A DNA stretch of 64,000 bases from positions 203,796,001 to 203,860,000 of the forward strand of contig NC_058368.1 of NCBI RefSeq assembly GCF_018350175.1, read 5' to 3'. This stretch comes from Felis catus (Eukaryota). A program made the position numbers and the translations under genes. Of the stretch, positions 1 to 13,028 are shown in pieces (the stretch's first letter is position 1; every line of letters begins with the position of its first letter). A model generated the notes under the pieces. It saw nothing but the letters and a program-made list of their open reading frames with translations. It was not told where the DNA came from and did no database searches.

Positions 1-716
1 CATTCAACTCACACTTAAGACCTCATGGAGTGATCTCTATGACCAGTGGAAAGAGAAGGACACTCTCAAGCCTAGTTTCCAGGTATCTGTGACAACAGTT
101 AAAACCTGCTTACTATGGAGATATAGTGACACTGAAAACTGCCTCTGTAAAAGGGAGAACTAACAGCAACAGTTAGAAGAACAGATATACATGGGTTTCT
201 GGCTGGTAGATACAAGGTTTAATTGAACAGTCAAGGATATGAAAGAAACAATATGGGGAGACTACTGACAAAAGGCTGGAGATACGTTATATGGGTGGAT
301 TTCTTGGAGTAAGCGTTAAAAAACGTGTGCCAGGTGAATATCCACATATACACACACAAATCACACACACAAATCCTTGAAGAACAAGTCCTTAACAATG
401 AGGTAGACATGATTTGGTTATGGTTCCAGCTTGAAAACAAGCCATTGCAAGGCTACGTTCTGGCCCCATAAGAGAAGATATACATGTAACAAGTATGTCT
501 CAGTCCAGAAAGCAAAGGATAGAAGTGAGAATGATGCTTCTCAATAAATGACACATTTACAATTTATGTTTCTCTATCTTTGAGACTCTAGAGTTTACCA
601 GTTAAAAAAAAATTTTTTTAGTACATATACTTAAAAAAAAAAAGAATACTTCCAAGACAGAACAGGAAGCACAACAAAAGTTCTTTTGAATGAATGGGTG
701 AGGAGACAGCCCCGGA
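1..716 (+). mobile_element. ERVL/MaLR-class internal fragment (degenerate pol RNase H-like region)
   Basis: gaagaacaagtccttaacaatgaggtagacatg (~378-410) reads EEQVLNNEVDM, resembling the ERVL pol motif EEDFNNQVDRM; 640-716 resembles ERVL/MaLR internal sequence; no intact ORF. Confidence 0.6.
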
Positions 717-911
717 CCCTCAAGGGGAAACAGTTTACCTGCCTACCCACTTCCCTTGGCACCACTTTTGCTGAGGTCACATTAAACTACTCACAATTGT
801 CCAAACTGTTAACTTTCATGCCTCTGGGCCTTTGTACTTGGAAACCCTTCTGCCTTGAGTATCCCCTATCACTTCTTATCTTTCAAAGCCCAGATCAAAA
901 AATTACCTTCT

Positions 912-1035
912 GTGGATGCCTGGATGGCTAAGTAGATTGAGCTTCCAACTTCGGCTCAGGTCATGATCTTGCAGTTCATGAGTTCAAGCCCCACATCAGA
1001 CTCTGCACTGGTGATGCGGAGCCAGCTTAGGATAT

Positions 1036-1097
<62 letters not shown>

Positions 1098-1177
1098 CCT
1101 CCCTCCCTTTCTCTCTCTCTTCCCCTTCCCCACTTGTGCTCTCCCTCTCTCTCAAAATAAATAAACTTAAAAAAAAA
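912..1177 (+). mobile_element. Can-SINE (older copy)
   Basis: tRNA-like head ggatgcctggatggct, long (CT)n, aaaataaataaa tail; degenerate TSD aaaattaccttc / aaaatcaccttc. Confidence 0.95.
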
Positions 1178-1601
1178 TCACCTTCACTGTGAAGTCTTCC
1201 CTGATACACTCAGGGTTAGTTACCATAAGCTTTATGCATAAGTTCACAGACCAGTCACAGCCCTTTTCACACCCCATTGTTACCATTTGTTTACATGTCT
1301 ATAGCTCTAATTCCACTGCAAACTTCTGACCAAAAGCATTATTTCAAGAACTGCTAGCTTATACAGCCTTAAAGAACTGCACATTTCTGACCAAGTAAGG
1401 TGATTTATTTTAGCAAGATATATTCAATGCCTCATTTGGCCAAGAATTATAACATCTACTATGATCCTTGGCACAGAGAAGGCTCTGAATATATCTTGTT
1501 TCAATTAATTAGTAAGCTTTTGCAAACGATATACAGAAATTAGAAGTGTGACAAAGTTTCACACTAGGAATGACGTCAGAGTTAAGATATGTATTAGGAA
1601 T

Positions 1602-2048
1602 GGGGCGCCTAAGTGCCTCAGTTGGTTAAGAATCTGACTCTTGGGGGCGCCTGGGTGGCTCAGTCGGTTAAGCGTCCGACTTCAGCCGGGTCACGATCTC
1701 GCGGTCTGTGAGTTCGAGCCCCGCGTCGGGCTCTGGGCTGATGGCTCAGAGCCTGGAGCTTGCTTCCGATTCTGTGTCTCCCTCTCTCTCTGCCCCTGCC
1801 CCATTCATGCTCTGTCTCTCTCTGTCTTAAAAATAAATAAAAAAACGTTAAAAAAAAAAAAAAAAGAATCTGACTCTTGATTTTGGCTCAGGTCATGATC
1901 TCACTGTGAGTTTGAACCCTGTGTTGAACTCCCTGCTGACAGTGTGGAGCCTGGTTGGGATTCTCTCTCTCTCTTTCTGTCTGTCTCTCCCTCCATCTCT
2001 CTCTCTCTCCCCCCCTCTCTCTCACACACACAAAATAAACTTAAAAAT
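1602..2048 (+). mobile_element. Older Can-SINE interrupted by a younger Can-SINE
   Basis: Head at 1602-1642 resumes at ~1866; outer TSD aagatatgtattaggaat / aagatgtgtatcaggaat. Confidence 0.92.
1643..1863 (+). mobile_element. Young felid Can-SINE nested in an older SINE
   Basis: CpG-rich near-consensus body, long poly(A), exact TSD aagaatctgactctt (1628-1642 and 1864-1878). Confidence 0.97.
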
Positions 2049-4335
2049 AAGATGTGTATCAGGAATCAATCACAAAGGGGGATATTTTCTTGATCATCTT
2101 GATCAGTTTAGGCTCTCTGTGTTGTGTGCCTTACCTCTTTCCTTTGATAGGTATTTGGCATCTCAAGGACCCAGCCGTGTTATAAATAAACTAGATACTC
2201 ATTAAATGTTTGTATAAAGGATGACTGAATGAATATACTGAACTAGGGATCCTATCACAGCATAATCTCTACCAGTTTTATATATACTTGGATAATGTTT
2301 ATGAAAATGCACTGAATTCTGCTTAAAAATCACAACCTTTATCAGAATGCAGTTATTCATTCCTTTAACTTTTTATAACCAAAAGTGATTATCTCTACAA
2401 CAGAGCACATAAGCATCATTAAGAGACTAATACCATCAATTGAATTTAATTAACATTATATAACAGACTATACCAAAAATATATTCATATTCCAACCTAA
2501 CTCTCTATACATTTGGTTCATTATACAGAAGGTAAGAGTGTAAGTAACTATTTCCCTAGGCAAGATTTTTCAAGGTGTAGCTCTTCCTTGTGTGTCCATA
2601 TTTATTATTTTGAATTTTTTTTTACAATGGGAAAGCTATTTTCCTTTATCCAAGAAATTACTTACAATATGGAAATCATTAGTGTGCTCAAATATGGAAT
2701 TCAGAAATGGGAAAATGAAGCCATAAATGAAACAGACTATTTGACAATGAGATTAATAACCTGAAGCCCAGAAACAACTCGATTTTGTTCCTTAAAAAGT
2801 CTCCTATACTACCATGAACAGTATTTATTAATTCTCACGGCTATGCAATATTTGGGGTTTAGATGGCCACTCTCCAACTCTTTAGCAAAGGGATTTTCAA
2901 AAATTCTGGTAACAAAGGAGTTAATGGAGTGGCATTGCTATTAAAAGATTTATGCTGACCAGGTGTTTGAGTTGCTTGAAAAGTCAACCATTTAACATAC
3001 AACCTTTCTGTTGTAAATACTGTACCACCAGAAGACAGATTAAACAGTTTTGTATAAAACTATGGTTTAAAAAGAAATAGGGATAATGAAAAAAACATTG
3101 TGTCCAACTTTTCTTGAGTAAATTGCCAAACATGTGACCCTCAGAATGCCACAGTGTCCTTAAACCAGTAACTCAAGCTGTCTCACCCAGAGACAAACGT
3201 GGTGTTTGGAGCTTTAAAACATTAATATAAATATAGAATATGCATACCAGAAACAGATTAATGACTCCTCTAATCACATATACAATCATATAGGTCACAT
3301 GTGAAAACCCATTCAAAGAACCCCTAGAACATCAGACTTTAAGGAGACTCAGTTTCTCTGACTTAAGAGGTTAACCTGTTAACCCTATCACCTTCACACT
3401 ATTTCACTGGAAATCCCGCCTGTTTGGGAAAACTGTGGTTTTTTCAGGCTTACAATCTTGAGCTTCCCTTACACAAACTAACCACTAAAAATGGGGGGGG
3501 GGGAGGCTGCTTTTCACAAAATGAACATTATAGAAACTAACCTCAGAGTTAAACACTACAATCATTCACAGGTGGGATTTCCCAAGATTTTGTAACTTTC
3601 CATGAAGGGATTTACATAGGCCCAAAAGAAGCCTCTGCTGAAATAGGTTTTTAAGCAGTAAAGTAACTGTATCTGTTCATAGTTACCAAGCTGTTGTGCT
3701 TTTTGTTTAGTAGGTCAACATACTGTCGTCTTAATTTGCGTCTGGGCCTATCACGCAAGGGCCACTGCCTCACAGAAGGTTTTAATCAAAGCAGCCAAAC
3801 CAACAAAATAGGACATCCTGGTCAGAATTACTCTTTCAACCTCATTTTGAACTGCTGTTTTTTCAGAGGTTTGGCAAATTTCACGATAAGCCACTTACCA
3901 AAGTGTTCACATTTAATGAGAGGCAATTTTTACATAAAAAATAATCTTCTGTCACCCAGTCCTCTAAATGTCAAATACCCCCCTGGTTACATGAAGAACA
4001 GTGCTACATTTTCAAGCAGCCTGCCAGGAAAACTTAAAGCAGAGTCTAAAACCGTGCTGTTCTCTAAAAAGACTTTTCTACGTGTATTCCTAGAACCCAG
4101 ATCCCCACCTTAAAAAAAAAAAAAAAAAAAAGATCTGTATATGTTTTTGAGCTTCCCGTAAACATAAGGACCACAGCATTACACAATATTGAGCTTTGAG
4201 TGTCTGCATCCATCTTTCTGCTCTATGTTGCTTAGGCCTCACAGACAAAACAACTTGTACGTTACTACTAGAGCTCACTACTACTCAATGAAACAGAAAA
4301 ACAACCCAGTGTCATCAAGAATTACTAGATTCCCT

Positions 4336-4578
4336 TGGGGCGCCTGGGTGGCTCAGTCGGTTAAGCAGCCGACTTCGGCTCAGGTCACGATCTCGCGGTC
4401 CGGGAGTTCGAGCCCCACGTCGGGCTCTGTGCTGACCGCTCAGAGCCTGGAGCCTGTTTCCGATTCTATGTCTCCCTCTCTCTGACCCTCCCCCGTTCAT
4501 GAAGGGATTTACATAGGCCCATAGGCTCTCTCCCTGTCTCAAAAATAAATAAAATGTTAAAAAAAAAAAAAAAAAAAA
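4336..4578 (+). mobile_element. Young felid Can-SINE carrying a foreign insert
   Basis: Near-consensus body, poly(A), exact TSD aagaattactagattccct (4317-4335 and 4579-4597); non-SINE segment at ~4501-4524. Confidence 0.97.
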
Positions 4579-4597
4579 AAGAATTACTAGATTCCCT

Positions 4598-4811
4598 GGG
4601 GTGTCTGGGAGGCTCAGTTGGTTAACAGTCCAACTCTTGATTTCAGCTCAGGTCATGAGTTTCAGTCCCGAGTTGGGCTCCACGCTGACACTGCAGAGCC
4701 TGCTTGGGATTCTCTCTCTCCTTCATTCTCTTCCCCCTCCCCCTCTCACACGCTCCCGTTCACTCTCTCATTCTCTCTCGCTGTCTCAAAATAAATAAAC
4801 TTAAAAAAAAA
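4598..4811 (+). mobile_element. Older Can-SINE directly behind the young copy
   Basis: Head ggggtgtctgggaggctcagttgg, CT-rich tract and A tail, followed by a third copy of attactagattc. Confidence 0.93.
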
Positions 4812-6022
4812 ATTACTAGATTCTTGGAGCCACAAGAATCTAGGTTTGGAGCCACAACCCTGAGACTTCCAGACTGTTCACAAACAGTCCATAGGTCAAG
4901 CCTGAGGCATATTTAACATAATTTCAACTGAAGACCATCCTCTCTCTGCATCCACATATTCATAACATCTTTTTTTTTTTTTTTTTGCCAATAATTTGTT
5001 GAGGTCAGAGGTTCTTCCTTAAAAAAAAAAAAGTAAAGTTTCATTTCTCTCAAAGATAGATAGGAGGAGGAGGTTAATTTTTAAAGGCCCAATTTTCAGG
5101 CACATTCTAAGATTTACACAGAGGTGACATATGTACATGCATGTGCAAGCAAGTGGCCACTATGTGTCAGAATTAGGGATCAGGCCTCCCAGCCCTACCT
5201 CCTGGTACATGTGCCTAATAACCTCCATGTGCTTGTCTAACTCCTAATTTAGGCCTGGTTCCTCCAGTCGCTGTTCCTGCTTCAACCACGGTGGCAGCAA
5301 TGATAGGGACCAGACTGGAGACACCTCATGAACCCCTTCCCTCTTGCAATCTGAAAGCATAGACAAGGAGATCCCAGGACAAAGCAGGCAGGTGGTCTTC
5401 TGAAAGGAGTGTTCCAGCCAGAGCGGTACAAAACATCTGAATCAATCCATACACCCAAACAGGTCCAGTGACTAAGACTTCCCTCAATCTGCGGAAACAT
5501 GCATGTATGTGTATGTTTGTACAATGGTTTTCCTTTTCTTTTCTCTCCTCATTGAAATTTGTATAAATGTATTCCAAGACGTACTTTAGTGTTTCACTGA
5601 ACAGTCAGAATTGCTCTTTCAGAGATTAAAATTAGTCAAAACTTTAGACGATTAAAATTGGTCAATAAAATTTTTAACCGTGGCAGAGAACAACCCATTT
5701 TTTTCAAATCATTCTATGGCAGTTCATATTTTATAAGTTTACTCCATTCTTATAGTTCCTTTGTGCTTCTAAAAAATTGTTTTGTTTACTGAGCAAATTT
5801 TTATTGGGCTTACGAGAACTTTGTTAGATCCTGGAAACAAAACAGAGAAAACAGGTATTATCCCTGCCATCCTGAATTTAGCTTTTGGATGGGGCAATAG
5901 ATCTTTCAATAACAGAGCATTACAAAATTTTCTTTACAAAATGCTGTCCTGATAGCTGAAAAAATGAATGAAAACTTCTCAAAGACCCATAATGCCATTA
6001 ACAATATTCTGAAATTCCTTCC

Positions 6023-6381
6023 TTGTTGGTTGGATTGTGTTCTACCAAACTTCATATGAAGTCTTAATACCCATTACCTCAGAATGTAACATTATTTGGA
6101 AATACGGTCTTTATAGAGGTAATCAAGTTCAAGTGAGATTACTAAAGTGGCTCTAATCCAATAGGACACCTGTCATGGTGGGTGACGCTTCTAAAAGCCA
6201 AGGAATGCCAAAGATTACTAGAAAACCACCAGACACTAGAAAAGAGGCATGAAACATTCTGACAGCTCAGAAAAAAAACCAATCCTCAAATACCTTGATC
6301 TCAGACTTCTAGCTCCCAGAACTAACAGATTTCTTTTATTTAGACCACCTACTTTGTGCTTTGTTCCAGAAAATTAACACA
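6023..6381 (+). mobile_element. MaLR solo LTR (MLT1B/C-like)
   Basis: tgttggttggattgtg...cctcagaatgtaacattatttggaaat...ccttgatctcagacttctagctcccagaact...aacaca; TG...CA ends. Confidence 0.8.
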
Positions 6382-7560
6382 TCTTCTAAAAACAAATATT
6401 TCTACTCCTTTAAAGCAAATAAAGTAGGGCTGTGGAGGTAGGGACAATTCTAAGTGAAGGAAATTTGTAATTAACAAATTTTTAAATGACAACATAAAGA
6501 CTTCAGTTGAGCTTCAATCCATACATGCTTTAAAAAAGAGAGAGATGTATAGCTCCAAATTAAAGAGATTTATTTTTGTTTCTAATGTAAAATAAACTCC
6601 TAAGAACACATTGGTGGGACATTTGGAACTATAGTTCACAAATATGACCATCGTATTATACAAAGAAAATAAATACAATAGAGAAGCAGACAAAATAGCT
6701 TCGTATTCTGGCCAGGGCAGGATCTTTAAACATACATCTAAACTCTAACAAGTTCAAGTACATGTTCAAAATCAAACAAAGTAAGAAAAGACACTGCTTG
6801 GCTTAACATAAAAAATTAGCAATGTAACCATACTGTATTTCAGAAGATAAATTCTGATTTTTCCCTCAAATACATACCTCTGCAACTATATTGAAAGTGT
6901 CCAATAAAGTGACAGAAGTTATAGGACTCAAACCTTTATTGTTTAAGTTGATGGAAGAAACAATTTAAATGCATAGCCAAATTAGGTTTGAATCCACGAT
7001 CTCCTATAATGCTATAGGGGAAAAATACATAAAGATGAAGTAAATGCTAAACTGAATGCTGTTTTGAGTTAATAAAAAGTTCCAAATTTAATATCCCTGA
7101 CCCATCATTTTTGAATGGCTATTCTGCCCCTTAATTCTTGTCATTTTTTAAATTTGGAAACTCTTCCATATTTATGTTTACTTATGAAGACTTAATAAAA
7201 CAGAAAAATTGCAGAGACACAGGCCTAAAGACTAAATGTTTAAAGCAATCTGTTATTTTATAGTTGTAGCTGAATAAGTATGTCTCCTATCAGTTTTATT
7301 TCTCCTGTGACACAGCAAATGGCCATAATCTTCCCTCATCTATCCATTATCACACAAAAAAGGAAACAACAGTTTATTATCCTAATTACTTACATCCTCA
7401 CAGATTCTCCTAAATATTAGCAACTAACATCAGGTAGTTAGATGTTAATTAAATAACTAAACAGGTAGTTTAGATGGCTTTTAAAGACTCATCCATATAA
7501 TTTGCTAGTATAAATATAGAACTGTACACCCAGAACCAAGGCACAAAGATAGTTAAATAC

Positions 7561-7924
7561 TGCTATGAACTGAATGTTTGTGTCCTCTTCCCCATCACGC
7601 TAAATTCATATGTTGAAGTCCTAATCCCCAATGTGATGGTATTTGGAGGTGGGGCCTTCAGGGGGAGGTAATTAGGTCATGAAGATGGAGAAACTCATGA
7701 ATAAGATTAGTACCCTTGTAAGAAGACACCCAAGATAATAGCTTTCTATCATGTCACGACACAGCAAGAAGATGGCTATCTGCAAACCAGTTAGAGAGCT
7801 CTCATCAGACACTGAATCTGCCAGTACAGATCCTGAATTCTCAGGCTCTAAGTGGACACAATATTTGTTGTTTAAGCCATCCAGTCTGCAGTGTTTGTTG
7901 TAATAGCCCAAACTGCCTAAGACA
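7561..7924 (+). mobile_element. MaLR solo LTR (MLT1A/MSTD-like)
   Basis: tgctatgaactgaatgtttgtgtcc...ccccaatgtgatggtatttggaggtggggcc...ctaagaca; 5-bp TSD aatac/aatat. Confidence 0.88.
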
Positions 7925-8479
7925 AATATTTCCCAAAGAAAATCTATTTTGATAAAAGTGTGATTTGTAGCATGAATTCCTACTTAATTATTTTCTGTTG
8001 ACCTTAGAACAGGAGTCACTATAGGGTACAACAAAAGAGATGGGAGGGAGCCTTAGATGAAGTATTTTCTGTACAAGATGCAGTTGGTGATTAATACCAA
8101 AATGTCTGACAGCTAGGGAATCAAGTAAGAACCAGAAAGCAAGTGACTTAATCATGGCCAGTGAAAGCCAGCAGATTAATAAGGAGGAATAGTAGTAAAT
8201 AGGAGAAATAAAAGCTTGAAATGGTTAAAAGTTTATAAGAACACAAGTAAATTTTATTCCATGGCAATGGAGATTCTTTGTTGAAGGATCTCTCATACTT
8301 CCTACTTGCCAAAAGTGTAGGTAGCCTCAGAAGCTAAACCTATGGACATAGAGAAAGCATTTACAGCTGGTCAAAATTTGAAAGGAAGGAAAGGCAAAAC
8401 CTGATTAGATCCTAATTGTGGAGATGTAGAAGAAAGGTGTTTTGAAAGCAAGAAATTGTACAAAAAGAAAAATAGTAAT

Positions 8480-9760
8480 ATGGGCATGTTCTAGTTTCAT
8501 CCATGATGGAGTAGCTATTATTGGACTTAACTTCTTGCTATAAACAAGTATGAAATCCAGACAAAACATATATAACAACTGTTTGCAGGCACTGGACAGC
8601 AGCCAATGCAGGGCTATGGTCCTTGAGAGAAAAGAGGCAAACAAAATAAACGTCACATAAACCCCAGATTTCCTCCTAGGGGCATTTTCCAAACCACAGC
8701 TCAGGGAAATAAAGCCTAAGTAAAGATAATAGTCCTGTTGGACAACAGAAACAGAAATCAGTGTTCTGGGCAGCCAAGAAAACGAAAGCAGAGTAGCTGG
8801 GTCCCTGAGTGGAGAAAAAAACAAAACAAACAACAACAACAAAACACTGCAGACAAGGAGTCCTAATAATTTGTCTAAAACTTCCCCTCAGGTCTTTGGT
8901 CAGTTTGTAAGATGTACATATAAAGGGCAAAGATTTGGAAACTAGCCAAGATAACCACTGGATGCTGGAGAGCAGAGCAGAGATTTCCAAGGCCACAAGG
9001 TATGGGTCCAGGATTTAGAGACTGGGGCAACAATTTGAGATCCCAAAATGCCACTTCCTAGAATGTGGAATAAAAATCTCTCCCTTTGTAGAAAGGGCAT
9101 GAGCAAAACTGAAGAAGACTTGCCCTCACAAAGCTTAACATACCTTGGTAAGATGTAGGTGATCCACAAGTAATTTTACTCCCTATTAGTACAAAATTTA
9201 GCACACTTCAGAACAGAATTCAGAGCATATACAACATGTACACAATGTTAGTTATACAATCAAAAATTACTAAACATGTTAAAAATCAGTAAAAAAAAAA
9301 GTCCAATAATCGAGATAAAATAATATAATCCGAAACAAATGAGTCAAGTAATAAAGTTAACAGAGGAAGTATCCAAGATAAGTATGATGAATAGACTTAA
9401 GAGGGAAAAATGGGCAGAATGGATTAAAATCTATAAAAAGATTAAAATAGACATTCTAGAAATATAAAATACACTATCTGAACTGAAGAATATATAGACT
9501 TAGCAGACTAGAAACAACAGAAAACTGGATTAGTGATTTGAACACAATAGAAAAATATCTCAATAGAAGTCCAGAAAGAAAGAAATCACAAAAAGAAATA
9601 CAGTACTTGATTCAGATAGAATCAAGTTATACTTTAAAGGCTGTTCTAGATAAATATGTTCTGGCAAATATTAAAAGCAAGCCTTGAAAATGTCAAAATG
9701 ATTCCAAGTAACTCAATTTTCCACAACAAAACATAAAAAGAGAATGTAAGATCCAGCCCC
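8480..9760 (+). mobile_element. Ancient L1 5'UTR/ORF1-region fragments
   Basis: A-rich sequence with old-L1 5' features and ORF1-like tracts (gacattctagaaatataaaatacactatctgaactgaagaat); no ORF. Confidence 0.55.
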
Positions 9761-9829
9761 AAACATCAGATCAGTTCACGTTCTATGAATTTTAGGCTCT
9801 CATGCTCTATACAAAGTACTACATTTTTT

Positions 9830-10110
9830 AAAAGGTAGACTGTGATAAGTTAAAGATGCATACCGCAAATCCTCAAGCAAGCACTAAATGTGAATCATAA
9901 CACACCAAGGGTGAACCCTAATGTAAACTATGAACCCTGAGTGACAGTGATGTGTCAATGTACTTTCATGATTTGTAACAAATATATTACTCTGGTGAGG
10001 GGTGTGGATAATGGGGAAGGCTATGCATTTGTGGGAGAAGATAGGGGAAATCTCTATATATTCAACTCAATTTTGCTCTGAACCTAAAATTGCTATACAA
10101 AATAAAGTCT
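9830..10110 (+). mobile_element. L1 3'UTR fragment (L1MC-like)
   Basis: gtgaaccctaatgtaaactatg...tgtaacaaat...ataatggggaaggctatgca...gaacctaaaattgct, typical L1MC 3' end. Confidence 0.8.
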
Positions 10111-10212
10111 ATTAAATACACCCAGGTATGTGTACACACATGCATGCTCACACACAAAGATATGACAACTAGAAAGCAAACAACAAAACAGTAGATTTAA
10201 ACACAGTTGTAT

Positions 10213-10297
10213 CTGTAGTAGCCAGAATTCTAAAAGCGGGTCCCCAAGAATCCATACCTCAATCCATAGAATCTCAATGAATGAATATGTTAAGATA
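10213..10297 (+). mobile_element. MaLR LTR 5' fragment (MLT1E/F-like)
   Basis: tgtagtagccagaattctaaaagcgggtccccaaga resembles the MLT1 start; a possible 3' part lies at 12390-12564. Confidence 0.5.
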
Positions 10298-10299
10298 GT

Positions 10300-10484
10300 A
10301 AGCACAGCTTTATAGGCCATAGATTTATGTTGTGACTATTCAATACCATTACTGTAGCCAGAACTCTAACACTCCAGACACTTACGTATATAAATGGTTA
10401 TGTCTGTGTTCCAATAAAACTTTGCTTGACAAAAATAGATGGTGGGCTGGATTTTGCCCATAGGCTATAGTTTGCCAAACACCT
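10300..10484 (+). mobile_element. MER58A-like hAT-Charlie DNA transposon fossil
   Basis: tgtgttccaataaaacttt...ggtgggctggattttgcccataggctatagtttgcc. Confidence 0.8.
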
Positions 10485-10489
10485 AACAC

Positions 10490-10864
10490 AGAAACACCCA
10501 GGAAACTACAAAAAAGATATTAAAATAAGTTAATATAGCAAGGCCATAGGCCAGAAGGTCAAGCTACCGAAAAGTAACTATATTTCTATGTATTAAAACA
10601 AACAAGTGAAATTTTAAAAATATTGCCAAAAGCATTGATAATATGATCTACTTAGGGATACATTTTAACACAGTGTGTATGCACAAAAGCTGTACACATT
10701 ACTGAGATAAGTTAAAGATGGCCCAGATAAACAGACATCATGCTCATGATTGCCAGTATTTCAGTTCTCCCCTATTTGAGCTTCAAATTAAAGGCATTGC
10801 AAACAAAATTTCAACAGGTCTTTATGTAGAAAATGTCATGCTGAATCAAAGATTATAAGGAAAC

Positions 10865-10910
<46 letters not shown>

Positions 10911-12385
10911 AAGAGCTAAAACAATGTGGAAAAAGTAAAGTCTAGAAGACTTACCTAAACTACCTAAAAAGCTACAGTTATCAATGAAAGTGTGATATTT
11001 ACATAAAAACTGACATAAATTAATAAAATACAGAGATGAGAAATAGACCCATACAAACATGGTCAATTGATTTTGACAAAGTTGCCAAGGCAACCCAACT
11101 AAGAAAAGCTAATTTTTTCAAAGAATGGTGCTGGCAGAATTTAGTATCTGAAAAAAAGAGGAAAGGTGGAGGGAAGAGAAAATAACTTTACCTTACAACA
11201 TACTAAAAAAAAAAAAAAAAAAAAACTCAAAATGATTATACACCTGAAAGTTAAAAATATGAAACATCCAAAAAGAAAATATAAGGCAAAATCTTAGTGA
11301 CCTTACGGTTAGACTAAGTTTTCTTAGGTAGGACAAAATAACACAAACTGTAAACAAGACCTGATAAACTGAATTTCAAAATTAACTCCTTCTTCAAAAA
11401 ATATATACCTGACAATAGACTTGTTGTATCCAGAAGACTAAAGACCTCTTTCAACTGAAAAAGACATACCAACTAAAAAAATTTGGGCAAAAATATTTTG
11501 AAATTAGAATTTACCAAAATGATATATTGATGACAATCACTGGGAAAGATCCTTAACAAGGTTATTCATTGTTAGGAAAATGAAAAAACAAAAACACAAT
11601 GAGACACTACACACCCACTGCAATGGCTAAAATTAACAAGACTGATAATGCCTAATGCTGTCAAGAATCGGGAAAGTCACTGAAATGCTGATGCATTGTT
11701 GGTGATAATGCAAAATAGTACAACCATTACAGAAAACAGTTTGGTAGCTCCTTAAGGTTAAACGTATTCCTGCCACATGACTGAACAATTTCATTGTTAG
11801 ATCTTTACCCAAGAGGAATATAAACCTATATGTCCACAATGTCCACATAATTTCCATGGGTATGTTCAAAGCAACTTTATTCATAATAACCAAATACTAG
11901 AAAGACTCAACCCAGTGTCCCTGAACTGGTGAAGAATTGTGGCAGATCCACTATGGATACATGCAACAAGATGGATGACTATCAGAAGCACTATGCTAAA
12001 AGAAGCTAAGCACAAAAGCCTGCATAATCATATAGTAATTATATATGAAATTCTAGAAAAGGCAAAAACATAGACCAGTAGCTTCAGGGGATATGGGGAA
12101 TGACTGACTGCAAAAGGGCATGAGGGAACTTCTGGGGATGATGGAAATGTTCTATATCGTGACTGTGGTGGTGGTTAGATGACTGTATACTTTGTCAAAA
12201 CTCACCAAATTGGATGCTTAAAATTGATTAATTTTATCGTGTGTGAATTAAACACAACAAAGCTGACCACAAAAATCAGTCATTACAGTTTGATCTGAGT
12301 GATTGTTACAATGAGCTCAGTTTGTGAAAATTCATCAAGCTGTATACTTACGACATGTTTGCCTTTCTGTATGTATATCATTCTC
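10490..12385 (+). mobile_element. Ancient L1 ORF2 3' half and 3'UTR, degraded
   Basis: gaaatagacccatacaaacatggtcaattgattttgacaaag, aacacaatgagacactacacacccac, gagggaacttctggggatgatggaaatgttctatatc; many stops and frameshifts; contains (CA)n at ~10873-10904. Confidence 0.9.
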
Positions 12386-12389
12386 ACTC

Positions 12390-12564
12390 AGAACCTCTGG
12401 AAAGAAATGCAGTTGTGGGGACACCTTGATTTACCAGTCACCCAGTGAAAATGATTTATCATTCACCCCGTGAGACCCATGCTGGACTTCTGAGATATTA
12501 AGTTTGTGTTATTTAAAGCATTAACTTTGGGGCAATTTCCTACAGCAACAGCAGAGAATATGCA
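12390..12564 (+). mobile_element. MaLR LTR 3' fragment (MLT1-like)
   Basis: gacaccttgattt...gtgagacccatgctggacttctg...tttgtgttatttaaag...ctacagcaacagcagagaa. Confidence 0.65.
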
Positions 12565-12629
12565 TCGTCTTAGTATTGTCATGGAGAGAAGCTTAACATC
12601 ACAAAACTAGAAGAAAAAGTTACTTTACC

Positions 12630-12835
12630 AGCAAAGAGCTTAACTTTCTGAAATCAGAAAGGATTTGATTTCTGACAATCCCATTTGGTAGCTCAGGCAA
12701 CTTATCTGAGTTTCAGTTTTTTATTTCTTTCAAATGAGATGTTTATAGTAACTACTTCATAGATGTTTATAGTAACTACTTCATAGGAACATTGTAAGAA
12801 TTGAATTAAATAATTATTTATAAGACAATTAGCTT
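12630..12835 (+). mobile_element. MIR relic containing a 24-bp tandem duplication
   Basis: MIR core tctgagtttcagtttttt...caaatgagat; agatgtttatagtaactacttcat x2 at 12737-12784. Confidence 0.65.
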
Positions 12836-13028
12836 ATTTTATTTTTCCTAGAGAAGATTCCAGAAAGCCTTTCAGGCCCAGGAAGATTTTGTCTGTAAGA
12901 CTGCTTTGATTTTAATGTTGGAATCAATGTTACAGTGTTTAAGTCAAAAAGATCTAGTATATTGATCTAATGGAAACTTAAGTCATTTTAAGTAAATAGA
13001 ATGGATAAACAATCCCTTAGTGTTTTAC

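Noticed and set aside
1641..1880. Recurrent ORFs such as MGAPGWLSRLSVRLQ, WGAWVAQSVK and LSLSLS
   Set aside because: These are translations of Can-SINE bodies and (CT)n tracts, not genes.
10354..10369. gtagccagaactctaa resembling gtagccagaattctaa at ~10218
   Set aside because: Short and imperfect, and both lie within old repeats whose consensus partly explains the match.
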